From: an uncultured Gemmatimonadales bacterium
GTDB lineage: Bacteria > Gemmatimonadota > Gemmatimonadetes > Palauibacterales > Palauibacteraceae
DNA: 64,000 bases
Assembly: GCA_963783385.1 (NCBI GenBank)
Contig: CAWANJ010000009.1
Coordinates: forward strand, 32,001-96,000
Reading direction: 5' to 3'
Part shown: piece after piece, positions 41,895-51,708 of the stretch
Layout of the letters: every line of letters begins with the position of its first letter
Position numbering within the stretch: the stretch's first letter is position 1
Notes under the pieces: generated by a model
Databases searched by the model: none
What the model was told of the DNA's origin: nothing
What the model saw: the letters and a program-made list of their open reading frames with translations, nothing else
Translations under genes and position numbers: made by a program

Positions 41895-44240
41895 TCACGG
41901 GGTGAAGGAGAGCCCAATGCTGCCGTAGTAGGTCGGGTCGTAGGGCGCGGGGATGATGTAGCCGTCGCCCGTGCCCCCGTCCTGCGGCTGGGCGATGGAG
42001 CCGTAGTCCGGTCCCACGAACACCCACGCGTAGTGCGCACTGCCGGTCAGGTTGTCGGCCCCGGCGGAGAGGTCCAGCTTCCAGTGCTCGTCCAGCTGCC
42101 GGCGGAAGCCGGCCTTGAGCCCGAGCAGCGAGTAGCTGCGCACGTAGGTCGAGTTGTCGAGGGTCACCGGCACCTTTCCCACGTAGCGGAAGGTGCCGTT
42201 CAGGTAGAGGCCCGTGCGGCTGGCCAGGTCGAGGCCGGCGCTGAGAACGTTTTTCGGCACCCGGGGCACCGCGCTGCCCGAGTAATCCGCCGAGCCCGGC
42301 CCGCCGCTGGCCGTGCTGAAGAAGCTCGGGAAGGTGGCGTCCGTGTAGGAGTAGGACACCCAGGGCCGGACCTGCGAGATCGGCTTCGTGGAGTCGGCCA
42401 CCAGCAGGTAGCTGAGCGAGGCCTCGAGGCCGCGGTTCCGCTGCTTGCCGGCGTTGGTCGTGAAGGTGACCGAGTTCGAGGTCTCCGACACCAGCTTGTT
42501 CGTGTTCTCGACGTCGTACAGGGCGATCCGGCCGGACAGGCGGTCGTTCAGCAGGTTCCCCTGCACGCCCACCTCGTACTGCACGGCCCGCTCCGGCTCG
42601 AGCTGCAGGTTCACCGAGCCGTCGCTGGCCACCACGCTGCTCAGGAGCGGCGGCGTGTAGCCGGAGCTCACGCTGGCGTAGACGGAGGCGTCTCCGCCCA
42701 GCTCCTTGTGGACCGCGATCCGCGGCGTGAGCACGAAGTCGAAGCTGCGGGTGTTCACCGTGGCCGTGTCGTTGATCACGCCGTTCTTGAGGAGGTTCCG
42801 CACCGAGAACTCGTTCCTCTGGAGCCCGGCGCCCACCGTGACCCGGAAGGCCTGCGGGAGCTGGAAGGACCAGTCGGTGAAGATCGACAGGTCGATCGCG
42901 TAGTCCTCGTGGTCGTTCGGGAACTGGATGCTGGGATTGGGCGGGAGGATGAACACGCCGTTCTGCTTGATGTCGGAGCGCTGGATCATGGCGCCCAGGT
43001 GTCCGCTCACGCCGAGGTTCTCGCCCAGCGGTCCAGAGTAGCCGAACACGGAGCGGGCGCCGTAGCTGATGGAGTTCGCGTCGTTGAACCCGTGCGCGAA
43101 CGGTCCGCGTGTCTTGACCCCCGTCCCGAACAGCGTCGTCTCGTTGGTGAAGTCGCCCGAGATCTGGATGCGGTCCCGCACGCCGCCGATGAACGCCGTG
43201 GCCGCCGTGTGGGAGTCGTTGGCCAGGTAGGCCGCGTTGCTCTCGGGCAGCCGGGCGTAGTAGGAGGCGCTGTCCACCTCGCCGGCGAGCGCCTCGTACG
43301 AGTTGTTGTAGGCGAAGAAGGTGGACAGCGTGTGCTTGTCGTCCACCCGGAAGTGGCCGCTGGCCCGCACGAAGTTCTTCCGAGAGTTCGAGTGCGGCCG
43401 AAACGCGTCGTACTCCTGGTAGCCATAGTTGACCGTGACGTCGGACCGGTCCGTGGCCGACTGGAAGGTCGAGTTGCTGCGCAGCAGCCCGTAGCGGCCC
43501 GAGGTCACCGACTGGCCGAAGGTGGTCCGGTCCGGGGGTGGCCGCTTCGTGGTGAGGAGCACCGTGCCGCCGATGAAGCTCCCGTACTCGCTGGAGGCCG
43601 GGCCCTTGATCACCTCGACGTTGCCCAGGGAGGCGTAGTCGATGTCGTCCATGAGGGTCACGCCGGCCGCGTTCGTGATCGGGATCCCGTCCAGGAAGAC
43701 CCGGTAGCCGAGGCCATTGAAGTTGGCGCTGTTCCCGACGCTCGGGTAGTAGCCGCGGATCGTGATGTGCGCGCCGCCGAAGGGCGTCCTCGACTGCATG
43801 AACACGCCCGGCAGGGTGTTGAGCGAGTTGGCCAGGTGGAGCTCGTCCCCGCGCTCCAGGTCCTGCTGGCTCAGCATGCTGACCGAGGGCGTCGGCCGGC
43901 TCCCCACGACCGAAATGCCCGGGAGCTGGACGGCCGTGGGGGCGAGCGCGATGTGCTGGGCGAGGCTCGGGTCCGAGACCGGCACGGTCTTCGTCGCGTA
44001 GCCCGCGGCCGAGACCGTGAGGCTGCTCAGGCTCCCCGGGACCGTCAGCGTGAAGGCGCCGGACTCGTTGGTGACCACGGCCACGCGCGTGCCGGTCGCC
44101 TCGACCCGGGCGCCGGGCAGCGGCTCGCCCGTGCGCTGGTCGACGACGGTGCCGCGCATTGTGGCCTGCGCGCGGGCCAGGGCGGGGAGGGCCAGGAGGA
44201 GCGCCGCCACGACGACGGCCGACCGACGGAGCAGGTGCAT
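41895..44240 (-). CDS. TonB-dependent receptor with N-terminal carboxypeptidase-regulatory-like domain
   Basis: Signal peptide, GTVVD..TGEPLPGA, ITIRG, LDGIPI, VEVIKGPASSEYG, LEPE..QYEVG, NAGK..RGLE, DNLT, aromatic C-terminal strand. Confidence 0.93.
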   Translation of the reverse strand: MHLLRRSAVVVAALLLALPALARAQATMRGTVVDQRTGEPLPGARVEATGTRVAVVTNESGAFTLTVPGSLSSLTVSAAGYATKTVPVSDPSLAQHIALAPTAVQLPGISVVGSRPTPSVSMLSQQDLERGDELHLANSLNTLPGVFMQSRTPFGGAHITIRGYYPSVGNSANFNGLGYRVFLDGIPITNAAGVTLMDDIDYASLGNVEVIKGPASSEYGSFIGGTVLLTTKRPPPDRTTFGQSVTSGRYGLLRSNSTFQSATDRSDVTVNYGYQEYDAFRPHSNSRKNFVRASGHFRVDDKHTLSTFFAYNNSYEALAGEVDSASYYARLPESNAAYLANDSHTAATAFIGGVRDRIQISGDFTNETTLFGTGVKTRGPFAHGFNDANSISYGARSVFGYSGPLGENLGVSGHLGAMIQRSDIKQNGVFILPPNPSIQFPNDHEDYAIDLSIFTDWSFQLPQAFRVTVGAGLQRNEFSVRNLLKNGVINDTATVNTRSFDFVLTPRIAVHKELGGDASVYASVSSGYTPPLLSSVVASDGSVNLQLEPERAVQYEVGVQGNLLNDRLSGRIALYDVENTNKLVSETSNSVTFTTNAGKQRNRGLEASLSYLLVADSTKPISQVRPWVSYSYTDATFPSFFSTASGGPGSADYSGSAVPRVPKNVLSAGLDLASRTGLYLNGTFRYVGKVPVTLDNSTYVRSYSLLGLKAGFRRQLDEHWKLDLSAGADNLTGSAHYAWVFVGPDYGSIAQPQDGGTGDGYIIPAPYDPTYYGSIGLSFTP

Positions 44241-44302
44241 GGGGGATCCTCTCGCGGGCGTGCACAGGGGTCGCGCGGAGCGGTGGGCCGCGCCGCGGGC
44301 TC

Positions 44303-44322
44303 ATTCATGAAAAATTCATGAA
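44303..44322. promoter_or_regulatory. Probable OmpR-family operator: direct repeat ATTCATGAA-AA-ATTCATGAA
   Basis: Two 9-mers with an 11-bp period, ~60 bp upstream of the TonB receptor start and next to the two-component genes. Confidence 0.7.
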
Positions 44323-44369
44323 CGGGAGGATAGAGGACGGGCGCAGGACGGGCAAGTCGGGGTCGACGG

Positions 44370-45827
44370 TCAGGCCGCCGGGGCGCCCTCCAGCGGCAGG
44401 GTGACGCGGAACTCGGTGCGGCCGGGCCGCGAGCCGGCCAGCTCGACGCGGCCCCCGTGCAGCCCGGCGATGCGGCGGCAGATGGACAGGCCGAGGCCGG
44501 CGCCGCTGGTCAGGGTGCTCGCCTCGCGGGAGCGCGCCGCGTCCACCCGGAAGAAGCGCTCGAACACGTGCTCGCGCGCCTCGGGCGGGATGCCCGGCCC
44601 GTGGTCGACCACCGACAGCTCGCAGGCGCCGTCCCGGGTCCCCAGCGACACCTCGACCGCGCTCCCCCCGGGCGCGTGCTTGATGGCGTTGTCCAGGAGG
44701 TTGAGGACGAGCCGGCCGAGCAGGTCGCCGTCGCCGACCACCGGGGCGGCCGCCAGCACCCCGAGCTCCACGCGCACGCCGCGCTCGTCGGCGATCGGCT
44801 TCACGGAGCGCGCCGTGTCCCGCACCAGGTCATCGAGGTCGAGGGGGGCCGGGCTCATGACGAGGTGGCCCGCGTCGGCGCGCGCGATGAGGAACAGGTC
44901 CTCGACGATACGGCCCAGGCGACGCGAGGCGTCCTGCACGATGGCCATGGAGGCCCGGTACTCCTCCTCCGGGCGTGCCTCGCGGGACAGGGTGACGTCG
45001 GCCTCGGTGCGCACGATGGCCGCCGGGGTGCGGAGCTCGTGGGACGCGTCGGTCATGAAGCGGCGCTGCTGCTCGAAGGAGCGCTCCAGGCGGTCCAGGA
45101 GGTCGTTGAGGACTCGGGCCAGCTCGCCGAGCTCGTCGTCGGCCACCACCGGGAGGCGCTCGTGCAGCGTGCTCGCCCCGATCTCCGCCGCGCGCGAGGC
45201 CAGGGCGGACACGGGCCGGAAGCTCCGGCGGGCCAGGAAGAGGCCGCCGGCCGCGGCGAACAGGATGATGAGCGGAATGGCGACCAGGAAGAGCCTGCGG
45301 ATGCGCCCCAGCATCGCCTCCACGTCGGCCAGCGAGTGGACGCCGGCCAGCCGGAAGCGGCGCCCTTCCTGGACCAGAGGCCGCACCAGGACGCGGTAGG
45401 CGCCCCCGCCGCGGCGCACGGTCGCCAGCCGCTCGCCGCCCGCCGGCGGAGCTCCCAGGGCCGAGGCCAGTGCGGCCGGCTCGGGCGGCGAGGGCGGCCC
45501 CCGGCGGGACCCGGCGCCGGCCAGGTGCGGGCTGGTGCCGACCACGTCACCGGCCCCGTCCAGGATGACGATGTCGACCTCGCGGAAGCGCACCTCGCGC
45601 AGCGTGCGCCGCATGGCCACGTCCAGGGACGGACCGGCTCGCCGCTCCGCTCCCAGCTCGCGCGCGAACACGGTGAGGGCGTCCGACATGAACGCGTCCG
45701 TCCGGGCCCGCACGGTGTGGGAGAAGATCAGGTAGGAGGCGACCGCGAAGGCGGCCAGCGGGAGGGCCAGGGCCAGCGTGTACCAGAGCGTGAGCCGCGT
45801 GCGGACCGAAGAGGGGAGGAGGCGCAC
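44370..45827 (-). CDS. Sensor histidine kinase (HAMP, heavy-metal sensor-like)
   Basis: SVRTRLTLWY, two TMs, DASHELRTP, NLLDNAIKH, DHGPGI, GAGLGLSI. Confidence 0.95.
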   Translation of the reverse strand: MRLLPSSVRTRLTLWYTLALALPLAAFAVASYLIFSHTVRARTDAFMSDALTVFARELGAERRAGPSLDVAMRRTLREVRFREVDIVILDGAGDVVGTSPHLAGAGSRRGPPSPPEPAALASALGAPPAGGERLATVRRGGGAYRVLVRPLVQEGRRFRLAGVHSLADVEAMLGRIRRLFLVAIPLIILFAAAGGLFLARRSFRPVSALASRAAEIGASTLHERLPVVADDELGELARVLNDLLDRLERSFEQQRRFMTDASHELRTPAAIVRTEADVTLSREARPEEEYRASMAIVQDASRRLGRIVEDLFLIARADAGHLVMSPAPLDLDDLVRDTARSVKPIADERGVRVELGVLAAAPVVGDGDLLGRLVLNLLDNAIKHAPGGSAVEVSLGTRDGACELSVVDHGPGIPPEAREHVFERFFRVDAARSREASTLTSGAGLGLSICRRIAGLHGGRVELAGSRPGRTEFRVTLPLEGAPAA

Positions 45828-45831
45828 GGGA

Positions 45832-46539
45832 TCAGCGACCGGCGTGCGCGCCGCCCGGGCCCTCGCCGCCCGCTTCCAGCGCGTAGCCGACCCCGTGGTG
45901 GGTGACGAGCAGCGGCTCCTCCTCCCCCTCGTCGATCTTCCGGCGCAGTCGGCTGGCGTACACGTCGATGACGTTGGAGTGGGCCTGGCTGTCCTCCCAC
46001 ACGTGCGCCATGAGCTCGTCGCGGGTGACCACCCGCCCGGCGTGGCGCGCCAGGTAGAGGAGGAAGGCGAACTCGCGGGCCGTGAGCTCGATGGTACGGC
46101 CGCCCCGGCGCACCGAGCGGCCGGGCGCGTCGATCGTCAGGTCGCCGACCCGGAGCGCAGCGTCCGCGCCCGCCTCGTCGCCACGTCGCCGGGTGAGGGC
46201 GCGCAGACGGGCCACGAGCTCCCCGAAGTCGAACGGCTTGGGGAGGTAGTCGTCCGCGCCCGCGTCGAGGCCCGCGATGCGGTGCTCGACCGCGTCGAGG
46301 GCGGTGAGCATGAGGATCGGTACCCAGTTCCCGGCTTCCCGCAGCTCGCGGCACACCTCGAGGCCGTCCCGGCCGGGGAGGAGGATGTCGAGGACGACGC
46401 AGTCGTAGTCGACCGCGCCGGCCATGGCCACGGCCTCGTCCCCGTCGGCGGCCTCCTCGACCTCCCAGCCGGCCTCGCGCAGCCCCCGCGCCACGGAGGT
46501 GCGGAGCTGGCGGTCGTCCTCGACGAGCAGGATGCGCAT
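45832..46539 (-). CDS. OmpR-family response regulator
   Basis: MRILLVEDD, LDILLPG.DG, GADDYLPKPF, LTAREF, NVIDVY..RLRRKID. Confidence 0.95.
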   Translation of the reverse strand: MRILLVEDDRQLRTSVARGLREAGWEVEEAADGDEAVAMAGAVDYDCVVLDILLPGRDGLEVCRELREAGNWVPILMLTALDAVEHRIAGLDAGADDYLPKPFDFGELVARLRALTRRRGDEAGADAALRVGDLTIDAPGRSVRRGGRTIELTAREFAFLLYLARHAGRVVTRDELMAHVWEDSQAHSNVIDVYASRLRRKIDEGEEEPLLVTHHGVGYALEAGGEGPGGAHAGR

Positions 46540-46601
46540 GAGGTGAAGGGTACGGAGCGGGGCGGGGCGTGTCGATCGTGCGACGCGCTCCGCGCCGGGT
46601 C

Positions 46602-49600
46602 TCACCCGCCCCGGCGGCCTCCGTCCGCCCGCATCTCCACGGTCTTCACCGGGGGAATCGGGTCGAGCCCCACGCCGCGGACCCGGTCCCGGAAGGGTCC
46701 GAAGGCCTCCCGCAGGACGCGGTTCGTCCGGCCGATCGCCTTCGACACGGCGCGCTGCCCCTGCTCGAGGCGCTTCCGCTCCTCGGGGTTGGGGGCGTAC
46801 CAGGCCACGTCGCTCATCCGGAAGGGCACGATCCCGATCTTGTTTCTCACGGTCACGCCTCCCGCGATCCCCTGGGGCGGGTGGATGGGACCCGTCCAGG
46901 CCTCCTCGACCGCCTCGAGACTGTCGATCACCGCCTTCCCGGCCTTCCGCAGCGAGTCCGCCGTCGAGCGGGACAACCCCGGCTGGTCGGGCAGGGCGCC
47001 CAGCACCTCGTTCACACGGATCCGCGCGGTGCGGAGGGCCTCGACGGCGTCGGCCGCGGCTCCATCCAGCCGGGCGACCTCGAGGAGCATGGCGCGCTTG
47101 GCCTCCCGCGCAGGCATGGGCGTGTCGATGCGCGGGTCGCCCTCCACCTTCAGCGTTCCGGTCGCCGTGTCGCCCCGGCTCACCACCCGGATCGTGAAGG
47201 TGCCGGGCAGCACGGCGGGACCCCGGCCCTTCGGGGGCACCGTGTCGGTGGGGGACTTCATCGCCTTCTCGAGCGCCGCCACCGAGCGCGGCTGGCGGGC
47301 GGGACCGTCGGTCGAGAAGTCCCACGTCCAGCGGCTCAGGCCCTCCCCGAGCTTCAGGCTGTCCTCGTACAGGACCGAGTCCCCCTGGAGGACCTGGACG
47401 GTGGCGCTCTTCGTGGGAACGGGCGGGACGGTGTCGCCGGCCGGGCCGACCTTCGTGTAGGCGTACGACGCGGTATCAGCGGACGCGGCGGCGCCCGACT
47501 TCGCGGAAGCGCCCTCGCGGGCCCCGTTCGCGCCGCCCTTCGCCGCCAGGCTGTCGGGCACGTGGGCCGCGATCGTGATCGTGGCGCCGTAGGGCGCGTT
47601 CTGTCCCTCGAACATCGAGCTCCCGGGCGAGTCGTAGCTCACGTTGAGGCCCTGCTGGTGCTCGATGGCCGTGCCCGGGTCGAACAGGTGGAGGTCGGCG
47701 TGGAGGAGGGACGGGTCGTCGGCGATGGCGCGCAGCGGCCGGACGTCGTCGATGACGTACACCGAGCGGCCGAAGGTGCCGATCACCAGGTCGCTCTCGC
47801 GTGAGTGGGTCGCGAGGGCATCCACCGGCACGCCATGTGGAAAGCCATATGTCCACTGGCTCCAAGTACTTCCACCGTTCAAGCTTAAGTAGAGTCCGAA
47901 CTCCGTGCCGAGCCACAGGAGCTTCGGGTTCACGGGGTCCTCGGCGATCGTGCGCGCCCAGCCGTCCACGCCCTCCGTCGGGAGCCGCTTCCAGCTCTTA
48001 CCGTAGTCGGTCGTCTCGTAGACGTAGGTCGTCCAGTCGCCCCGCATGTAGTCGTGGATGGCGGCGTAGGCGGTGCCGGCGGCGTGGCGCGAGGCCTCGA
48101 TGTGACTCACCCATGCGTTCCGCGGCTTGCCCGGCATGTTCCCCTGGACGTTGGTCCACGTCTTCCCGCCGTCTTGCGTGACCTGCACGTTCCCGTCGTC
48201 CGTGCCGGCCCAGATTACGCCCCGGCGCACCGGGCTCACGGCCAGGGTGAAGATGGTCGTGTAGCCCTCGGCACCCGTGACGTCGTAGGTGAGCCCGCCG
48301 CTCCTGTCCTGCTGCTGCCACGCGGGGTTGTCCGTGGTCAGGTCCGGACTGATCGGCTCCCAGCTGTTCCCGTCATCGGCCGAGCGGAAGACGAACTGCG
48401 CCCCCTGGTAGACCGTGTTCGAGTCGAACGGGCTGGTCACCACCGGGGCGTTCCAGTTGTAGCGGAGCTTCACCGAATCGGAGGGCGGCGCCGGCTTGAT
48501 CCAGTGCAGGTAGCCCGTCTCGAGGTCGTAGCGCATCAGGTTCCCCTGCTGCCACTCCGTGAAGCCGCGGCGGGGGTCGTTGGGATCGGGGATGGTGGCG
48601 AACCCGTCCCCGAAGCCGATCGACACCCACCGGTAGTTGCGGATCCCGCTCCCGCGCCACGTGTCCGCGGGGCCGCGCCAGTTCCCGTTGTCCTGGAGGC
48701 CGCCGTAAACGTGGTAGGGGACCTCGTCGTCCACGGCCACCTCGTAGTACTGGCCCAGCGGCAGGTTGGCGACGAAGCGCCACGTCTTCCCGCGGTCCTC
48801 GGAGATGTAGACGCCGCCGTCGTTGCTGTCGACCAGGTAGTCCGGGTCGTCGGGGTCGATCCACAGGGCGTGGTGGTCCACGTGGACGCCCTTGCCGCGC
48901 ACGATGCTCCGGAACGTCTTCCCTCCGTCGTCGCTGACGCTCAGGTCCCCGGCAATGTGGTAGACGCGGTCGGGGTTCTGCGGGTCGACCAGCAGCCGGT
49001 TGTAGTAGAAGGGACGGTTGCCCATGTCCCGGTTGTCGTTCACGGTCTTCCAGGTCTCGCCCCCGTCCTCCGAGCGGAGGAGCTGCGTCTTCCTGGCCTC
49101 CACGAGGGCGTAGACGATGGCAGGATTCGAGGGTGCGATGGCCACGTTGATCTTGCCTAGCGGGCCCTCGGGCAGGCCGTTCTTCGACGTCTCCCGCTTC
49201 CAGGTCTCGCCGCCGTCCCGGGAGCTGTACAGGCCGCTCCCCGGGCCGCCCGACTTGAAGAAGTAGGGCCACCGGCGGCGCTGCCACAGGGTGGCGATGA
49301 TCCTGTCCGGGTTGGACGGGTCCATGGCCAGATCCACCCCGCCCGTGGTGTCGTTGGCGGGGGCGAGGACGAGCGTCCAGTGCTGCCCGCCATCGGTGGT
49401 CTTGTAGATGCCGCGCTGGCCCCCCGCGTTCCAGAGCGGGCCGGTGGCCGCCACCCACGCCACCTTCGTGTCGTTCGGGTCCAGGAGGATCTGGGCGATG
49501 TGCTCGCTCTTCTCGAGCCCGACGTGCTTCCACGTCTTCCCGCCATCGATGCTCCGGAACATCCCCTTGCCCATGCCGACGGAGTTGCGCGGGTTGTCCT

Positions 49601-49953
49601 CCCCCGTGCCCACCCAGATCACGTCGTGGTTCTTCGGGTGGACGACGATTTCGCCCACCGAGAGGACCGGCTCCTCGTCGAAGATCGGGCCGGAAGGTGG
49701 TCCCGTTGTCGGTGCTCTCCCACACGCCGCCGGTGGCGGCGCCCACGAACAGCGTGTCGTGCATGCCCGGGATCCCCACCACGTCCCCGATGCGGCCGCT
49801 CATGGTGGCCGGCCCGATGGAGCGGGCCGCCATGGCGGAGAAGGCGACCGTGTCGGGCTTCGGCGCGGGCCGACGTCGGCCGAACATCTGGGCCGAGGCG
49901 GAGGCGGGGAACGAGGCGAGGACGAGGGCGAGGGTGAGCGTGCGCGGCTTCAT
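46602..49953 (-). CDS. Secreted BNR/Asp-box repeat (VPS10/sortilin-like) glycosyl hydrolase-like protein; frameshift near 49690
   Basis: RSIGPATMSGRI, many S.DGG.TW Asp-boxes, GGLQDNG, RYNWNAP, GTDDG, GTFGRS. Confidence 0.9.
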
Positions 49954-50154
49954 ACGCGGCTCCCTTGAGGTACCGTAGATTGGCCGGGTCGGGTGGGGGC
50001 ACGATGCGGCCGAGAGGCCGAAGGGGGCAAGCGGCGAACCGCCGGCCTCCGCGGCTTCCGGAGGCCGCTTCGCGGCCGTAGCTTACGGCGGAGACCCACC
50101 TTCCTTCGCCCCGCCTCGACGGGGCTCGTCCGCACCACCGAACGGGAGCGCCGC

Positions 50155-51672
50155 ATGGACCGCATACTGATCGGCAAGGGCGAGGGGCCCGTCTACCTGC
50201 TGGCCCCGTACGGGAACCGGCACGGACTCGTGGCGGGCGCGACCGGGACCGGAAAGACCGTCTCCCTCCTGGTGATGGCCGAGGGCTTCTCGCGTCTGGG
50301 CGTCCCCGTGGTGATGGCGGACGTCAAGGGCGACGTGGCGGGTCTGGCGATGCCCGGCACGCCGAACCCGAAGATCGACGAGCGGGCGGCGAGCATTGGA
50401 ATGGAGGACTGGGCGCCCGAGGGGAGCCCGGTCCTGTTCTGGGACCTGTACGGGAAGGCGGGCCATCCCGTGCGCACGACGATCAGCGAGATCGGCCCCA
50501 CGCTCCTGGCCCGCATGCTGGAGCTCAACGACACGCAGGAGGGCGTGCTGGAGGTCATGTTCCGGCTGGCCGACGAGCAGGGGCTCCTCCTCCTGGACAT
50601 GGACGACCTCCGGGCCCTGCTCGGCTACGTGGCCGAGCACCGCAAGGAAGTCTCGGAGCACTACGGACTGGTGGCCGGCGCCTCGATCGCGGCCATCCAG
50701 CGGTCCCTCCTGGCCCTGGACCGGGAGGGCGGCACGGAGTTCTTCGGAGAGCCGGCGCTGGAGCTCGCCGACCTGATGCGCACGGACCTGTCGGGCCGCG
50801 GCGTGATCAGCGTCCTGTCGGCAGACCAACTCATCCTCAAGCCCCGGCTGTACTCGAGCTTCCTCCTGTGGCTCCTCTCCGAGCTGTTCGAGCAGCTCCC
50901 GGAAGTGGGCGACCAGGACCGGCCGAGGCTGGTGTTCGTGTTCGACGAGGCGCACCTGTTGTTCGACGACGCGCCGCCCGCCCTGCGTCAGCGGGTCGAG
51001 CAGGTGGTGCGGATCATCCGATCCAAGGGGCGTGGGCGTCTACTTCTGCTCCCAGTTCCCCGACGACGTGCCCGACGAGATCCTGGGACAGCTGGGGAAC
51101 CGGATCCAGCACGCGCTGCGCGCCTACACGCCGCGCGACCAGAAGGCGGTGAAGACGGCGGCCGAGACCTTCGTGGCCAATCCGAACTGGACGTGGCCGA
51201 AGCCATCGGACAGCTCGGCGTGGGGGAGGCGCTCGTCTCGACCCTACAGGAGAAGGGCGTGCCCATGCCCGTGCAGCGAACCCTCATCTGCCCGCCGCGC
51301 TGCCGCATGGGCGCGATCACCGACGAGGAGCGCGCCGCGGTCCGTACGCGGAGTCCGGTCGGGGCGAAATACGACACGCCCGTGAACCGCGAGTCGGCCT
51401 ACGAGAAGCTGGCGGAGCGGGCCGAGGAGAAGGCGGCGCAGGCGCCCCCGCCGGTGGCCGGGGGCCGCGCCGGGGCGGCTGGCGGCGAGGCGGCCCGGGC
51501 CGGGAAGGATCCGGCCCGGAGCTCGCTCGGCGACATGCTGTGGGGGACCACCCGCCGCCAGGGGATGGTCGAGACCATGGCCAAGCAGGCGGCGCGAACG
51601 GTGGGAAGCCAGGTCGGGCGGCAGATCCTGCGCGGGGTGCTGGGAGGGATCCTGGGAGGGTCCAGGCGCTAG
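50155..51672 (+). CDS. HerA-like ATPase (DUF853/YjgR family); compensating frameshifts near 51030 and 51185
   Basis: [34 protein letters not shown]. The segment [29 protein letters not shown] is in another frame. Confidence 0.93.
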   Translation: MDRILIGKGEGPVYLLAPYGNRHGLVAGATGTGKTVSLLVMAEGFSRLGVPVVMADVKGDVAGLAMPGTPNPKIDERAASIGMEDWAPEGSPVLFWDLYGKAGHPVRTTISEIGPTLLARMLELNDTQEGVLEVMFRLADEQGLLLLDMDDLRALLGYVAEHRKEVSEHYGLVAGASIAAIQRSLLALDREGGTEFFGEPALELADLMRTDLSGRGVISVLSADQLILKPRLYSSFLLWLLSELFEQLPEVGDQDRPRLVFVFDEAHLLFDDAPPALRQRVEQVVRIIRSKGRGRLLLLPVPRRRARRDPGTAGEPDPARAARLHAARPEGGEDGGRDLRGQSELDVAEAIGQLGVGEALVSTLQEKGVPMPVQRTLICPPRCRMGAITDEERAAVRTRSPVGAKYDTPVNRESAYEKLAERAEEKAAQAPPPVAGGRAGAAGGEAARAGKDPARSSLGDMLWGTTRRQGMVETMAKQAARTVGSQVGRQILRGVLGGILGGSRR

Positions 51673-51708
51673 CGGGTCGAGGCGGAGCCGTTCCGCGGCG
51701 CTCGAACC

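Noticed and set aside
900-51200. Widespread pseudogenisation (frameshifts in the nuclease, CocE, ABC, SnoaL, mmuM, cysK, DUF937, BNR and DUF853 genes)
   Set aside because: Small indels in G/C-rich runs with intact motifs on both sides and no accumulated nonsense codons look like long-read consensus errors.
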